DNA of 64,000 nt from Octopus sinensis (taxonomy: Eukaryota), in contig NC_043023.1 of NCBI RefSeq assembly GCF_006345805.1, positions 14,570,001 to 14,634,000 on the forward strand, given 5' to 3'. A program made the translations under genes and the position numbers. The notes below the pieces were generated by a model. That model was not told the origin of the DNA. It ran no database searches and saw only the letters and a program-made list of their open reading frames with translations. Positions 36,557-49,125 of this stretch are shown here, one piece after another; within the stretch, counting starts at the first letter, position 1; each line of letters begins with the position of its first letter.

Positions 36557-36927
36557 GTGAGTGAAATGATTTGATTCCTTCGCACGTTGTACAGAAACAT
36601 ATTGGGTGAGGGTGGGTATGTGGGTGGTGGGGTTAGGAAAGAAAGGGCCCAGACTGCATCACTCCATGCTGTAGCACCACCTTGAAAGTTTTTAGTTGAA
36701 TGAATCAGCCCCAGTATATACTCTTTTACTTGTTTCAGTCATTTGACTGCGGCCATGCTGGAGCAGCGCCTTTAATCGAGCAACTCGACCCTGGGATTTA
36801 TTCTTTTTTGAAAGCCCAGTACTTATTCTATCGGTCTCTTTTGCCGAACCGCTAAGTGACGGGGACATAAACACACCAGCATCGGTTGTCAAGCAATGCT
36901 AGGGGGACAGACACACAAACACACACA

Positions 36928-36966
<39 letters not shown>

Positions 36967-38870
36967 GACAGGCTTCTTTCAGTTTCCGTCTACCAAATCC
37001 ACTCACAAGGCTTTGGTTGGCCTGAGGCTATAGTAGAAGACACTTACCCAAGGTGCCACGCAGTGGGACTGAACCCGGAACCATGTGGTTGGTAAGCAAG
37101 CTACTTACCACACAGCCACTCCTGCGCCTATGTATGTGGGGGTTTTTTTCTTTTGTTTTTGAGAGTTTGGTACTTGTTTTATTAATCTCTTTTGCCAAAC
37201 TGCTAAGTTGTAGGGATGGGACCAAACTATCAATGGCTGTCAAGCAGAGGTAGGGTTGACAAACGAGGAGACAAAGATGTAGACACACAGACATTTGTAT
37301 AGTGGTTGTGTGGTAAGAAACTTGCTTCCCAACCACATGGTTCCAGGTTCAGTCCCACTGCATGACACCTTGGGCAAGTGTCTTCTACTATAACTTCAGG
37401 CTGACCAAAGCCTTGTGAGTGGACTTGGTAGACAGAAACTGAAAGAAGCCCTTTGTATATATGTACTCTTTTTTTCTTCCCACATGATTGGCGTTCAGCC
37501 AAGCCTGACCTTTCTTTCTTGGTCTGGCCATTGTCCATGCAACATCGGTATTCCTCCCTGTGTTTGTGAAATGTTTTATCCCTACCGTAAGGCTTCATTT
37601 CCACACACGCCAGCTTAATTTAATTCATCCTTAGTCAAAAGACACCTGTTGTTATGTCCTGTTATTTTTATTGTACTTGTGTAACATTGTCTGTTTTTTG
37701 TCCGTCCTTGTTTTTGTATACATTCACTGCTTTCTTCTAAGGAATCTAATGCTCTTAGCTTAGTTTTTCCTTGGGGCTGGCCAGATTGGAGCAATCTCGA
37801 GTATAACCGGCTGAAATTGCAAAGATAATCTGGAACTCGACTGAGGAAAGAAAACTCCGAATGACCCCTCCTTGTTTTCTTTGTATCGTCTATCTGGATG
37901 TTTTGTGTTCTTATCCCATTTCGTATTGAGTGTGGCTGTTGCCAGTACTGTTTGACTGGCCCTCGTGCTGGTGGCACGTAAAAGCACCCACTACACTCTC
38001 TGAGTGATTGGCGTTAGGAAGGGCATCCAGCTGTAGAAACTCTACCAGATTAGATTAGAGTCTGGTGCAGCCTTCTGGTTCGCCAGTCCTCAGTCAAATC
38101 GTCCAACCCATGCTAGCATGGAAAGCGGACATTAAACGATGATGATGATTATCAGTGTTCGGGATGCTTCTTTCTTTCTTTCTTTCTTTTTTTTTTTTTT
38201 GTGACTCCAAAACTAATGATCACTCGCAGGATTACACATTTTTACCAGCTGAGTGAACTGGGGCAAAGTGAAATGAAGTGTTTTGCTTAAGAACACAACA
38301 CAGCTCTTTGGTTCACCGGACCTCAGTCAAATCGTCCAACCCATGCCAGCATGGAAAGCGGACGTTAAACGATGATGATGATAGATTTAAGGCGGCGAGT
38401 TGGCAGAAACGTTGGCACACCGGGCGAAATGCGTAGCCGTATTTCGTCTGCTGTTACGTTCTGAGTTCAAATTCCACCGAGGTCGACTTTGCCTTTCATC
38501 CTTTCGGGGTTGATTAAACAAGTACCAGTTATGCACTGGGGTCGATATAATCGACTTAATCCGTTTGTCTGTCCTTGTTTGTCCTCTCTGTGTTTAGCCC
38601 CTTGTGGGTAGTAAGGAAATAGATGATGATGATAGATATAGATATGTGTGTGTGTATGTCTTTGTGTGAGTTTGTCCTCCCTATTACCACTTGACAACTG
38701 GTGTTGGTGTGTTTGTGTCCCTGTAACTTAGCAGTTCAGCAAAAGAAACTGATAGAATAAGGACTAGGCGAATAAGTCCTGAGGTTGATTTCTTCCAATA
38801 AAACCCCTCAAGGCGGTGCTCCAGCATGGCTACAATCAAATGACTGAAACAAGTAAAAGAGTAAAAGAAA

Positions 38871-38942
38871 TGTTCTATGGTGTAATGGTGAGCACTCTGG
38901 ACTCTGAATCCAGCGATCCGAGTTCGAGTCTCGGTAGAACCT
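38871..38942 (+). tRNA. tRNA-Gln(CTG) gene or recent pseudogene, in CNOT3 intron 2
   Basis: 72-nt cloverleaf: anticodon stem CTGGA/TCCAG with loop CT-CTG-AA, T-arm CCGAG-TTCGAGT-CTCGG, A box TGGTGTAATGG. Acceptor stem TGTTCTA/TAGAACC has a T1-C72 mismatch, and there is no nearby T4 terminator. Confidence 0.8.
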
Positions 38943-39619
38943 TACTGATTTAATCTTTAACGGCGGTGCATCAGCATGGCCGCAGCTCTAAGCTGAAACT
39001 AGAAAAAAATAAAACTGCAACGTTGCACCAATATGATCCACTGCTGCACCTCGGGGCATGCAGAATTGTCCTTGGTGAGGTGGGGATGCTGTAGATCTGT
39101 AACAGTAGTTCTCAGCTGTTTGGCAGACCAGCTTCCTGTGTAGTGTCACAAGTTGGGTTTGATCAGTTCTTACATGTGCACACTGCAAACCCTGCGTTCA
39201 TACGATTCACTGCTGTAATCCAATCAACATGTAGCTTGTTTTTTCCTTTCTTTTTATTTTTCAGAATTTTTAAAATTTTAATTTTCGCTTCCACTGTTTC
39301 TTTTGATTTAATGTTCTTTTAAAAATATCACCATCACCATCATTTTCATGGTAAACATGTTGTTGTTGTTATTCACCATCACCATCATCATCATTTAGCA
39401 TCCGTTTTCCATGCTAGCATGGGTTGGACGGTTCAACTGGGGTCTGTGAAGCCAGAAGACTGCATCAGGCCCAGTCTAATCTGGCAGTGTTTCTACGGCT
39501 GGATGCCCTTCCTAACGCCAACCACTGGCAGTGTTTCTACGGCTGGATGCCCTTCCTAATGCCAACCACTGGCAGTGTTTCTACTGCTGGATGCCCTTCC
39601 TACTACTCCACGAGTGTAG

Positions 39620-40520
39620 TGGGTGCTTTTTACGTGCCACCCGCACAGGAGCCAGATGGAGTTGGCAAACGGCCACGAACGGATGGTGCTTTTACGTGCC
39701 ACCGGCACGGGGGCCAGGCGAGGCTGGCAACGGACACGAACGGATGGTGCTTTTACATGCCACCGGCACGGAGGCCAGTCGGGGCGGGGCTGGCAAACGG
39801 CCACGAACGGATGGTGCTTTTACGGGCCACCGGCACGGGGGCAAGGTGAGGCTGGCAAACGGCCACGAACGGATGGTGCTTTTACGTGCCACCGGCATGG
39901 AGGCCAGTCAGGGTGGCACTGGCAACGGCCACGAACGGATGGTGCTTTTATGTGCCATCGGCACGGAGGCCAGTCGGGGCGGAGCTGGCAAACGGCCACG
40001 AACGGATGGTGCTTTTACGTGCCACTGGCACGGAGGCCAGTCGGGGCGGCGCTGTCAACGGACACGAACGGTTGGTGCTTTTACGTTCCACCGGCACGGA
40101 GGCCAGTCGGGGCGGCGCTGGCAACGGCCACGAACGGATGGTGCTTTTTACGTGTCACCGGCACGGAGGCAAGGTGAGGCTGGCAAACGGCCACGAACGG
40201 ATGGTGCTTTTACGTGCCACCGGCATGGAGGCCAGTTGGGGTGGCACTGGCAACGGCCACGAACGGATGGTGCTTTTATGTGCCACCGGTACGGAGGCCA
40301 GTCGGGGCGGAGCTGGCAAACGGCCACGAACGGATGGTGCTTTTTACGTGTCACCAGCACGGAGGCCAGTCGGGGCGGCGCTGGCAACGGCCACGAACGG
40401 ATGGTGCTTTTTACGTGTCACCAGCACGGAGGCCAGTCGGGGCGGCGGTGGCAACGGCCACGAACGGATTGTGTTTTTTACGTGTCACCGGCACGGAGGC
40501 CAGTCGGGGCGGCGCTGGCA
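39620..40520 (-). repeat. GC-rich family C internal minisatellite (~14 units of 55-68 bp)
   Basis: Repeated GGCCACGAACGGATGGTGCTTTTACGTGCCACCGGCACGG. Confidence 0.85.
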
Positions 40521-43124
40521 TTATTATTATTAAGGCTGTGAGCTGGCAGAATTGTTAGCACACCGGGCTAAATGCTTTGTGGTATTTCATCCATCTTCGT
40601 GTTCTGAGTTCAAATTCCACCGAGGTTGACTTTGTCTTTTATCCTTTTGGTATCAATAAAATAAGTACCAGTTATACACTGGGGTCAGTGTAATCAACTA
40701 GTCCCCTCCCACCAAATTTTAGGCCTTGTGCTTTAGTATAAAGGATTATTATTATTATTAAGGGGTGACCTGCTGTGCTTGAGGAGACCTATTAAGTCAA
40801 GTACATCAACATCAAAATAAAAATCAAATGGAAATTGTAGTTGTGATACCTGTGCTGGTGGCACATAAAAAGCACCATCCAAACGTGGCCGATGCCAGCA
40901 CCACCTTGACTGGCATCTGTGCTGGTGACATGTAAAAAGCACCAACCAATCGTGGCCGTTTGCCAGCATCCTCTGGCCCCTGTGCCGGTGGTATGTAAAA
41001 AGCACCCACTACACTCAGGGAGTGGTTGGCGTTAGGAAGGGCATCCAGCTGTAGAAATACTGCCAGATCAGACTGGAGCCTGGTGCAGCCTCCTGGCTTC
41101 CCAGACCCCGGTCGAACCATCCAACCCATGCTAGCATGGAAAACGGATGTTAAACGATGATGATGATGATAATGATTATTATCATTATGGTGGCAAGCAA
41201 GCTGGCAAGATCGTTAGCATGTCGGGCGAAATGCTTAGCAGTATTTCATCTGCCACTGCGTTCTGAGTTCAAATTCTGCTGAGGTCGACTTTTGCCTTTC
41301 ATCCTTTCGGGGTTGATAAATTAAGTACCAGTAAAATACTGGGGTCAATGTAATCGACTTATCCCCTCCCCCAAAATGGCTGCCCCTGTGGCAAAATTTG
41401 AAGCCATTAGTTATTTCTTTATTGCCCACAAGGGGCTAAACAGAGGGGACAAACAACGAACAGACAAAGGGATTAAGTTGATTACATCGACCCCAGTGCA
41501 TAACTGCTACTTAATTTATCAACCCCAAGCCTCACCCCCAGATGCAATTTAATGACTTGCCTAAGATACCACCAGGGAGTGGTTGGCGTTAGGAAGGGCA
41601 TCCAGCTGTAGAAACTGTGTGTGTATGTGTATAGCATGGGTTGGATGGTTCAACAGGGGTCTAGGAAGCCAGAAGGCTGCACCAGGCCCAGTCTGATCTG
41701 GCAATGTTTCTACGGCTGGATGCCTTTCCTAACGCCAACCACTGGGTGCTTTTTACATGCCACTGGCACAGGTGCCAGGCGGGGCTGGTGAACGGCCATG
41801 GTCAGCTGGTGCTTTTTACATGGTTATTTAGAATACTGAACGAAATGCTTAGCAGCATTCCCACCATCTTCAAATTTTGAGTTCAAATTCTACCTATGTC
41901 AATTTTATCCTTCACCTTTTTGGGGTTGATGAAATAAAGTACCATTTAAGTACCATGTAATTGCCAGTACCGTCAGACTGGCCCCCGTGCCGGTGGCACA
42001 TAAAAAGCACCCACTACACTCTGAGTGGTTGGCGTTAGGAAGGGCATCCAGCTGTAGAAACTCTGCCAAATCAAGATTGGAGCCTGGTGCAGCCATCTGG
42101 TTCGCCAGACGTCAGTCAAAATCGCCCAACCCATGCTAGCATGGAAAGCAGACGTTAAATGATGATGATGATGATGAAAGGATGAAAGGCAAAGTCAACC
42201 TCGGTGGAGTTTGAACTCAGAATGTAACGGCAGACAAAATACCTATTTCTTTATTACCCACAAGGGGCTAAACACAGAGGGGACGAACAAGGACAGACAT
42301 AGGTATTAAGTCGATTACATCAACACCAGTGCGTAACTGGTACTTAATTTATCGACCCCGAAAGGATGAAAGGCAAAGTCGACCTCGGTGGAGTTTGAAC
42401 TCAGAATGTAACGGCAGACAAAATACCTATTTCTTTATTACCCACAAGGGGCTAAACTCAGAGCAGACAAACAAGGACAGACATAGGTATTAAGTCGATT
42501 ACATCAACACCAGTGCGTAACTGGTACTTAATTTATCGACCCCGAAAGGATGAAAGGCAAAGTCGACCTCGGTAGAGTTTGAACTCAGAATGTAACGGCA
42601 GACAAAATACCTATTTCTTTATTACCCACAAGGGGCTAAACTCAGAGCGGACAAACAAGGACAGACATAGGTATTAAGTCGATTACATCAACACCAGTGC
42701 GTAACTGGTATTTAATTTATCGACCCCGAAAGGATGAAAGGCAAAGTCGACCTCGGCGGAATTTGAACTCAGAACGTAGCGGCAGACGCTATACTGCTAA
42801 GCATTTCACCCGGAACTCTAACGTTTCTGCCAGCTCGCCGCTAGGCACTTCGCCCGGCGTGCTAATGATTCTGCCAGCTCACTGCCTACCATTCGAAACC
42901 ATTAGTATTACTATTCTTAAGGCAGCAAACTGGCAGAATCGTTAGCATGCTGGACGAAATGCTTAGTTATGGTTGGTCTTTACAGAGATATCCTATAAAT
43001 CCCTTTTAAGTATCATTCACCATCACAACCTCTGGCTTGTGTTCTTACGCTTTTCTCTGTGTGGATAGAACCAGTTTGAGATTTCTTAAGCCTCCGGACT
43101 GTGGGGGAGCCTCTCCCCTTGTGT

Positions 43125-43680
43125 TATTTTCAGTAATTTTCCACTTAATCTTTGGAGTCCCTTCAACTGATAAATAACCCTAGTGATATTTTCAATAAGG
43201 TACCATTTAATCTCTGGAGGCCATGCAAGTAGCAGAGACCTCTAGTGATATTTTTAATAACTTTCCACTTAATCTCCGGAGGTCCTTTAACTGGCAAAGA
43301 CCCCTTGTAAAATTTTCAGTAACTTTCCACTTAACTTCTTGGAGACCCTTTCACATGGCAGAGACCCCTAGTGATATTTTCAGTAGCGTTCTGCTTATTC
43401 TCTGAAGGCCCTTCAACTGTTAGAGACCCCTAGTGATATTTTCAGTAGCGTTCTGCTTAATCTCTGAAGGCCCTTTAATGTGCAGAGATCCCTAGAAATA
43501 TTTTCTGTAACTTTCATTTATTCTCTGGAGGCCCTTAAACTGGCAGAGACTCCATGTGATATTTTCAGTAGCTTTCGCCTTATTCTCTGAAGGTCCTTCA
43601 ACTAGCAGCGACCCTTAGCGATACTTTCAGTAACTTTCCACTTAATCTCTGGCGGTCCTTCAACTGGCAGAGACCCCAGT
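43125..43680. repeat. Degenerate ~62-bp minisatellite (~9 copies)
   Basis: Recurring TTTTCAGTA(A/G)CTTTCCACTTAATCTCTGGAGG...CAGAGACCCCTAGTGATAT. Confidence 0.75.
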
Positions 43681-44849
43681 GTTACAGCACTTAACCCTTT
43701 TATTACCGTATTTATTTTGAGATGCTCTGTGTTTGTTTCAATTAATTTTAAATATAACAAAGAATTTAGTAAAATAACTTAGTTATCATTAAGCTAGTGT
43801 TAGGAACATAAATTGTGACTAAGGTTTGGTGGAAGATTTTAATTCAATACTTATGAAAACAAGACATTTGTACTACAGAGCCAGAGCCGGTTTCAGCAGG
43901 GTTGGTAACGAAAGGGTTCTGGTTAAGGCAGTGAGCTGGCAGAAACGTTAGCATGACGGGTGAAATGCATAGCCGTATTTTGTCTGCCGTTACATTCTGA
44001 GTTCAAATTCCACCAAGGTCGACTTTGCCTTTCATTCTTTTGGGGTCGATAAATTAAATACCAGTTACGTACTGGGGTCGATGTAATCAACTTAATCTGT
44101 TTGTCTGTCCTCTCTGTGTTTAGCCCCTTGTGGGTAGTAAAGAAATAGGTATTTTGTCTGCTGTTGTGTTCTGAGTTCAAATTCCGCCAAGGTCGACTTT
44201 GCCTTTCATCCTTTCAGGGTCGATAAATTAAGTACCAGTTACGCACTGGGGTCAATATAATCAACTTAATCCTTTTGTCTGTCCTTGTTTGTCCTCTCTG
44301 TGTTTAGCCCCTTGTGGGTAGTAAAGAAATAGGTATTTCGTCTGTCTTTATGTTCTGAGTTCAAATTCCGCCGAGGTCGACTTTGCCTTTCATCCTTTCG
44401 GGGTCGATAAATTAAGTACCAGTTATGCACTGGGCTCAATGTAATCAACTTAATCCGTTTGTCTGTCCTTGTTTGTCCCCTCTATGTTTAGGCCCTTGTG
44501 GGTAGTAAAGAAATAGGTATTTCGTCTGCTGTTACGTTCTGAGTTCAAATTCCGCCGAGGCCGACTTTGCCTTTCATCCTTTCGGGGTCGATAAATTAAG
44601 TACCAGTTACGCACTGGGGTCGATATAATCGACTTAATCCGTTTGTCTGTCCTTGTTTGTCCCCTCTGTGTTTAGCTCCTTGTGGGTAGTAAAGAAATAG
44701 GTATCAAAAGGGTTAAAGCCCCTGCCTTAATTGGGCATTATGTTCATGTGGGTGGGCGAGGTTATAAGGTTTACATACAGAGACTGTGGTGTTGAGCAAG
44801 TACTTCACTGGCCCCTGTGCATCAACTGTCTTATTTCTGTCCCTTACAG

Positions 44850-44924
44850 CTTCACAATGCAATCAACAGTAACCAGAAGGAGAAGTATGAGCAGGACCTT
44901 AAGAAGGAAATTAAGAAACTCCAG
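44850..44924 (+). CDS. CNOT3: CNOT3 coding exon 3 ([25 protein letters not shown])
   Basis: tttctgtcccttacag|CTT CAC...CTC CAG|gtaaga; 75 bp; hallmark [17 protein letters not shown] motif of Not3/Not5/CNOT3. Confidence 0.97.
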
Positions 44925-45955
44925 GTAAGAACCAGCATATTTTCATTTTATATCCACTTTGGGTGACCCTTGGCGCTGTTGGTTACAGGTTTCCAGTGAC
45001 CCAATCACTGGTTCAGAAACTCAGGATATTTTTTTATTCGAAAACCATCGTTATTTTTCTGTTCTGTTTCACAACCGATGTTAAAAGTCGTTCAAGCTTG
45101 TCGTCATTCCATCTTTTTTTATCTTTTTTCTGTTTTCCAGGATTGGTGTACCGCCGACTACGTTATCCAACAAATGTGTGATTTGAGGGAGCTCTGGCTG
45201 CTGTTTCTAGCAGGTTGCGCAACCACGTAGAGGCTTTGTTGTTGGTTTCATAGAGAATATATTGTTTGTGTGTGAGTGGGTGCATGTATGTGTGTGTGTT
45301 CATTTGATAAGTTATGTGTGTGTTTGTGTGTATGTATGTGTTCATGTGCATCTGTGTGTGTGTGCATTCGTGTGTGTCTAATGTATGTATGTATGTGTGT
45401 AAGAGATTGTGTTTTGACCTGAACATTTGTGCCTCACTGCAAAAGTATGGACAAAGAAAGATTCACAAGTTTATCTGATTTAGGGCATCTATGTGAGCAG
45501 ATGGTTAAAAAATTTATATATATATATATGGAGGCTCAATGGCCCAATGGTTAGGGCAGTGGACTCGCGGTCGGAGTATCGCGGTTTCAATTCCCAGACC
45601 GGGTGTTGTGTGTGTTTATTGTGCGAAAACACCAAAAGTTCCACGAGGCTCTGGCAGGGGGTGGTGGCGACCCCTGGTGTACTCTTTCGCTCCAAATTTC
45701 TCCAAATGGCGGTGCCCCAGCATGGCCACAGCTCATGAGCTGAAACTAGTTAAAATAAAATTTTTTTAAAAATAATAATATATATATATATATACAGGAG
45801 TGGCTGTGTGGTAAGTAGCTTGTTTACCAACCACATGGTTCCTGGTTCAGTCCTACTGCGTGGCACCTTGGGCAAGTGTCTTCTACTATAGCCTCGGGCC
45901 GACCAAAGCCTTGTGAGTGGATTTGGTAGACGGAAACTGAAAGAAGCCCGTCGTG

Positions 45956-45991
<36 letters not shown>

Positions 45992-45996
45992 ATATA

Positions 45997-46371
45997 CTAC
46001 CGTCAGAAATTAATTAGCACCCTTGATTTGCTCTTCACTCAAGGTATGTGCTGTCACCTAGTGGCCATATCTCGAACTATTGCTTTGTTGAGAGTTCACT
46101 GTTGCGCAGAACGATGACGTAACTTTGTTTGCAGAGCAGTTTGAGAGTCTACAGCCTTATGATGTTGACATAGCAGTGCAACAACTTGGAGTGCGGATGC
46201 AGACAAATCTTCCTTTGTTTAATAGATATAGGTAGCGCCTCGCAAGGACCGAAATCACACCATACTAAGTTTTCTCATCGCGTAAGACGTTTTGGACAGC
46301 TCATAGGTTAATTGATTTAACCTATTTAATGTAGAAATTTGAGAAGTGCTAATTAATTTCTGACGCAAGTG
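45997..46371. mobile_element. Tc1/mariner-type MITE inserted in the (TA)n of a SINE
   Basis: TIR core CGTCAGAAATTAATTAGCAC / GTGCTAATTAATTTCTGACG with TA flanks. Splits the SINE-A copy into 45795-45955 and 46385-46585. Confidence 0.7.
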
Positions 46372-46583
46372 TATATGCGTGTTTGTGTGAGTGTGTTTGT
46401 CCCCCTAGCATTGCTCGACAACCGATGCTGGTGTGTTTATGTCCCCGTTACTTAGCAGTTCAGCAAAAGAGACCGACAGAATAAGTACTGGGCTTTCAAA
46501 AGAATAAGTCCCGGGGTCGAGTTGCTCGATTAAAGGTGGTGCTCCAGCATGGCCGCAGTCAAATGACTGAAACAAGTAAAAGA

Positions 46584-46667
<84 letters not shown>

Positions 46668-47551
46668 GCATGCATGTGTATATGTGTGCTATTGCATTCA
46701 TGAAACCTTGAATTTAGTCTCACAGTTTTCATGCATCTTGAAGTGTCTCTGAGGTTTGGAATCAGTCCCAGGTACGAGAATGGGTTGGCAGAAACTGTGT
46801 GAGAGTCTACTGGGTGGCCTGTACTTGTGATCACCATTTCCCCTAAGCTGTGTGCTTGTGTGCATAAGGCTTTAACCCTTTCGCATTCTCATTACTCTGT
46901 CAAATGTAGCGCTTATACATTCGTGTTGCTTTGAATCAGTCATGCTTTGCCTTGTAGCTTTGAGATTTTGGTAGTGTGATTATTTATTGTTACAGTGACA
47001 TTGTAGGGTAGGTGTGAGAGGCTGGATCTGGTTGGTTCGAAAATGTACAGGTGGAATATTTTGGCCTGTTTAAATACTGAAGGGTCAAAGATTAAATTGG
47101 ATATTTTTAATTGAAAGAATTTGGGCAATGGTTTCTCTTTGGCCACTCATCACTACCAGTCTTTACTCAATCCCCCTTGTGGTCACTCACCACTATTTGT
47201 CCTTGCTTAACTGTTATGGCCACTCATCTTTATGTTTCTTGCTTTCTCCCTCTCTCATATAGCAGTCGCTGTTCTGTGGTCATTTCTTAATGCCAGCCTT
47301 TGCTCAACTCTTGTGGTCACTCACAAATACCAGTACCTTGCCCCCTGTAACTCTATGGTTACTCAACCACTACTGCTGCCACTTCTTGCTTACCTCTTGT
47401 GGTCATTCACTAATACTATTCCATGCTATCTCTATCTCTGGTCACTCATCACTTTCTAATCTTTCCTCAGGTGCTGTGGCCACTCACAAATACCAGTCCT
47501 TGCTCAATTCCTGTGATCACTCACCATTTCCTGTCCTTGCTTGACTGCTGT

Positions 47552-47700
47552 GGTCACTCAAAGACCACCCCCTGCTCCATGGTCACTCAAAGACCACCCC
47601 CTGCTCCATGGTCACTCAAAGACCACCCCCTGCTCCATGGTCACTCAAAGACCACCCCCTGCTCCATGGTCACTCAAAGACCAACCCATGCTCCATGGTC
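47552..47700. repeat. 29-bp tandem repeat (~5 copies) within a degenerate GGTCACTCA-rich region (47150-47720)
   Basis: GGTCACTCAAAGACCACCCCCTGCTCCAT repeated. Confidence 0.85.
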
Positions 47701-49125
47701 TCTCACAAATACCAAACCTTGTGTACCTCTTCTTTTCCTGCCCCTCCTCTGTCCAGAACTCTGTCTCTCTCACTTTGTGTGTGTGTGTGTGTCTATATAT
47801 ATTGTTCCTTTACTCATTGCCTGCTACAAAGCCTACTATGTTCCCGCATCCTGTACCTTGCTTTATACACTGTTTCCCCTCTTTCTCTAATGTAAAATGT
47901 TATTAGTGAACTCAAACCAACCAACATGTATGTGTGTATGTGTATAGCATGGGTTGGATGGTTCAACAGGGGTCTGGGAAGCCAGAAGGCTGCACCAGGC
48001 CCAGTCTGATCTGGCAATGTTTCTACGGCTGGATGCCCTTCCTAACGCCAACCACTCCGTGAGTGTAGTGGGTGCTTTTTACATGCCACCGGCACAGGGG
48101 CCAGGCGAGGCTGGCAAACGGCCACGGTCGGAGGGTGCTTTTTACGTGCCACCGGCATGGGCCAGGCGAGGCTGGCGAACGGCCATGGTCGGAGGGTGCT
48201 TTTTACGTGCCACCGGCACGGGGTCCAGGCGACGCTGGCAACGGCCACGATCGGATGGTGCTTTTTACGTGCCACTGGCACGGGGGCCAGGTGAGGCTGG
48301 CAACGGCCATGATCGGATGGTGCTTTTTACGTGCCACTGGCACGGAGGCCCGTCGGGGAAGCATACATATATAATGTAGTATTAATGTGAACAACACTAT
48401 CACAAAGGCTCATAAGTGGAAATCCCCCAGTAAATATAGGGTACCAACTTTGTGGTTCTCACTCTTGTATGCACACGGAAACAAAATTATGAAACATCCT
48501 GAGAAAACGGCTCACTGGTTAGCAAATGGTATTATTTGCCTGCTCCCACTATTTTCTAGCCCCAGAGAAGGATCCTTGTTTTATGGCTGTGGTACATGTG
48601 TCTCTCTGTGTGTGGCTGAAGCATTGTTCCATATACATGACCAGTATTGTAATGTGTGGGCCTTCGTTAAGTTTTGTAAACAATTAGTAACTGGCTTTGA
48701 CCTGAAGTTATTTTCTGGTTTGTTAAGAGAGAGAAGAAGGAGAGCTTTGTGTTTGGGATTCAGTTTTAATAATGCTATTCATCCTTCTCTGATTTAGGCC
48801 CCTGTGACTAACTTTACCCTCCATCTAGGCCCCCAAGCAAAAAAAAACCAAAAAAATATCCAGTTGTCTACATAATCCAAGAGTAATGATTGCAGGGAAA
48901 CTAATGGTCAGAATGACAAAATATTTCAGGAGAATAACAAAGATAGGATGTATATTTGACATTTAAATATGGCTAACCCCTAAGGGTGGATGCTACTAGC
49001 CATATTTAAATGGCAAATATACGTCACGATGTGTTGCAGCTACTGTTTATAACTCGCTCTGAGATTTATTATTGTTTAACAATAATAGGCCTATCTCTCA
49101 ACCACCATATTTGTTCTCCCTAATC

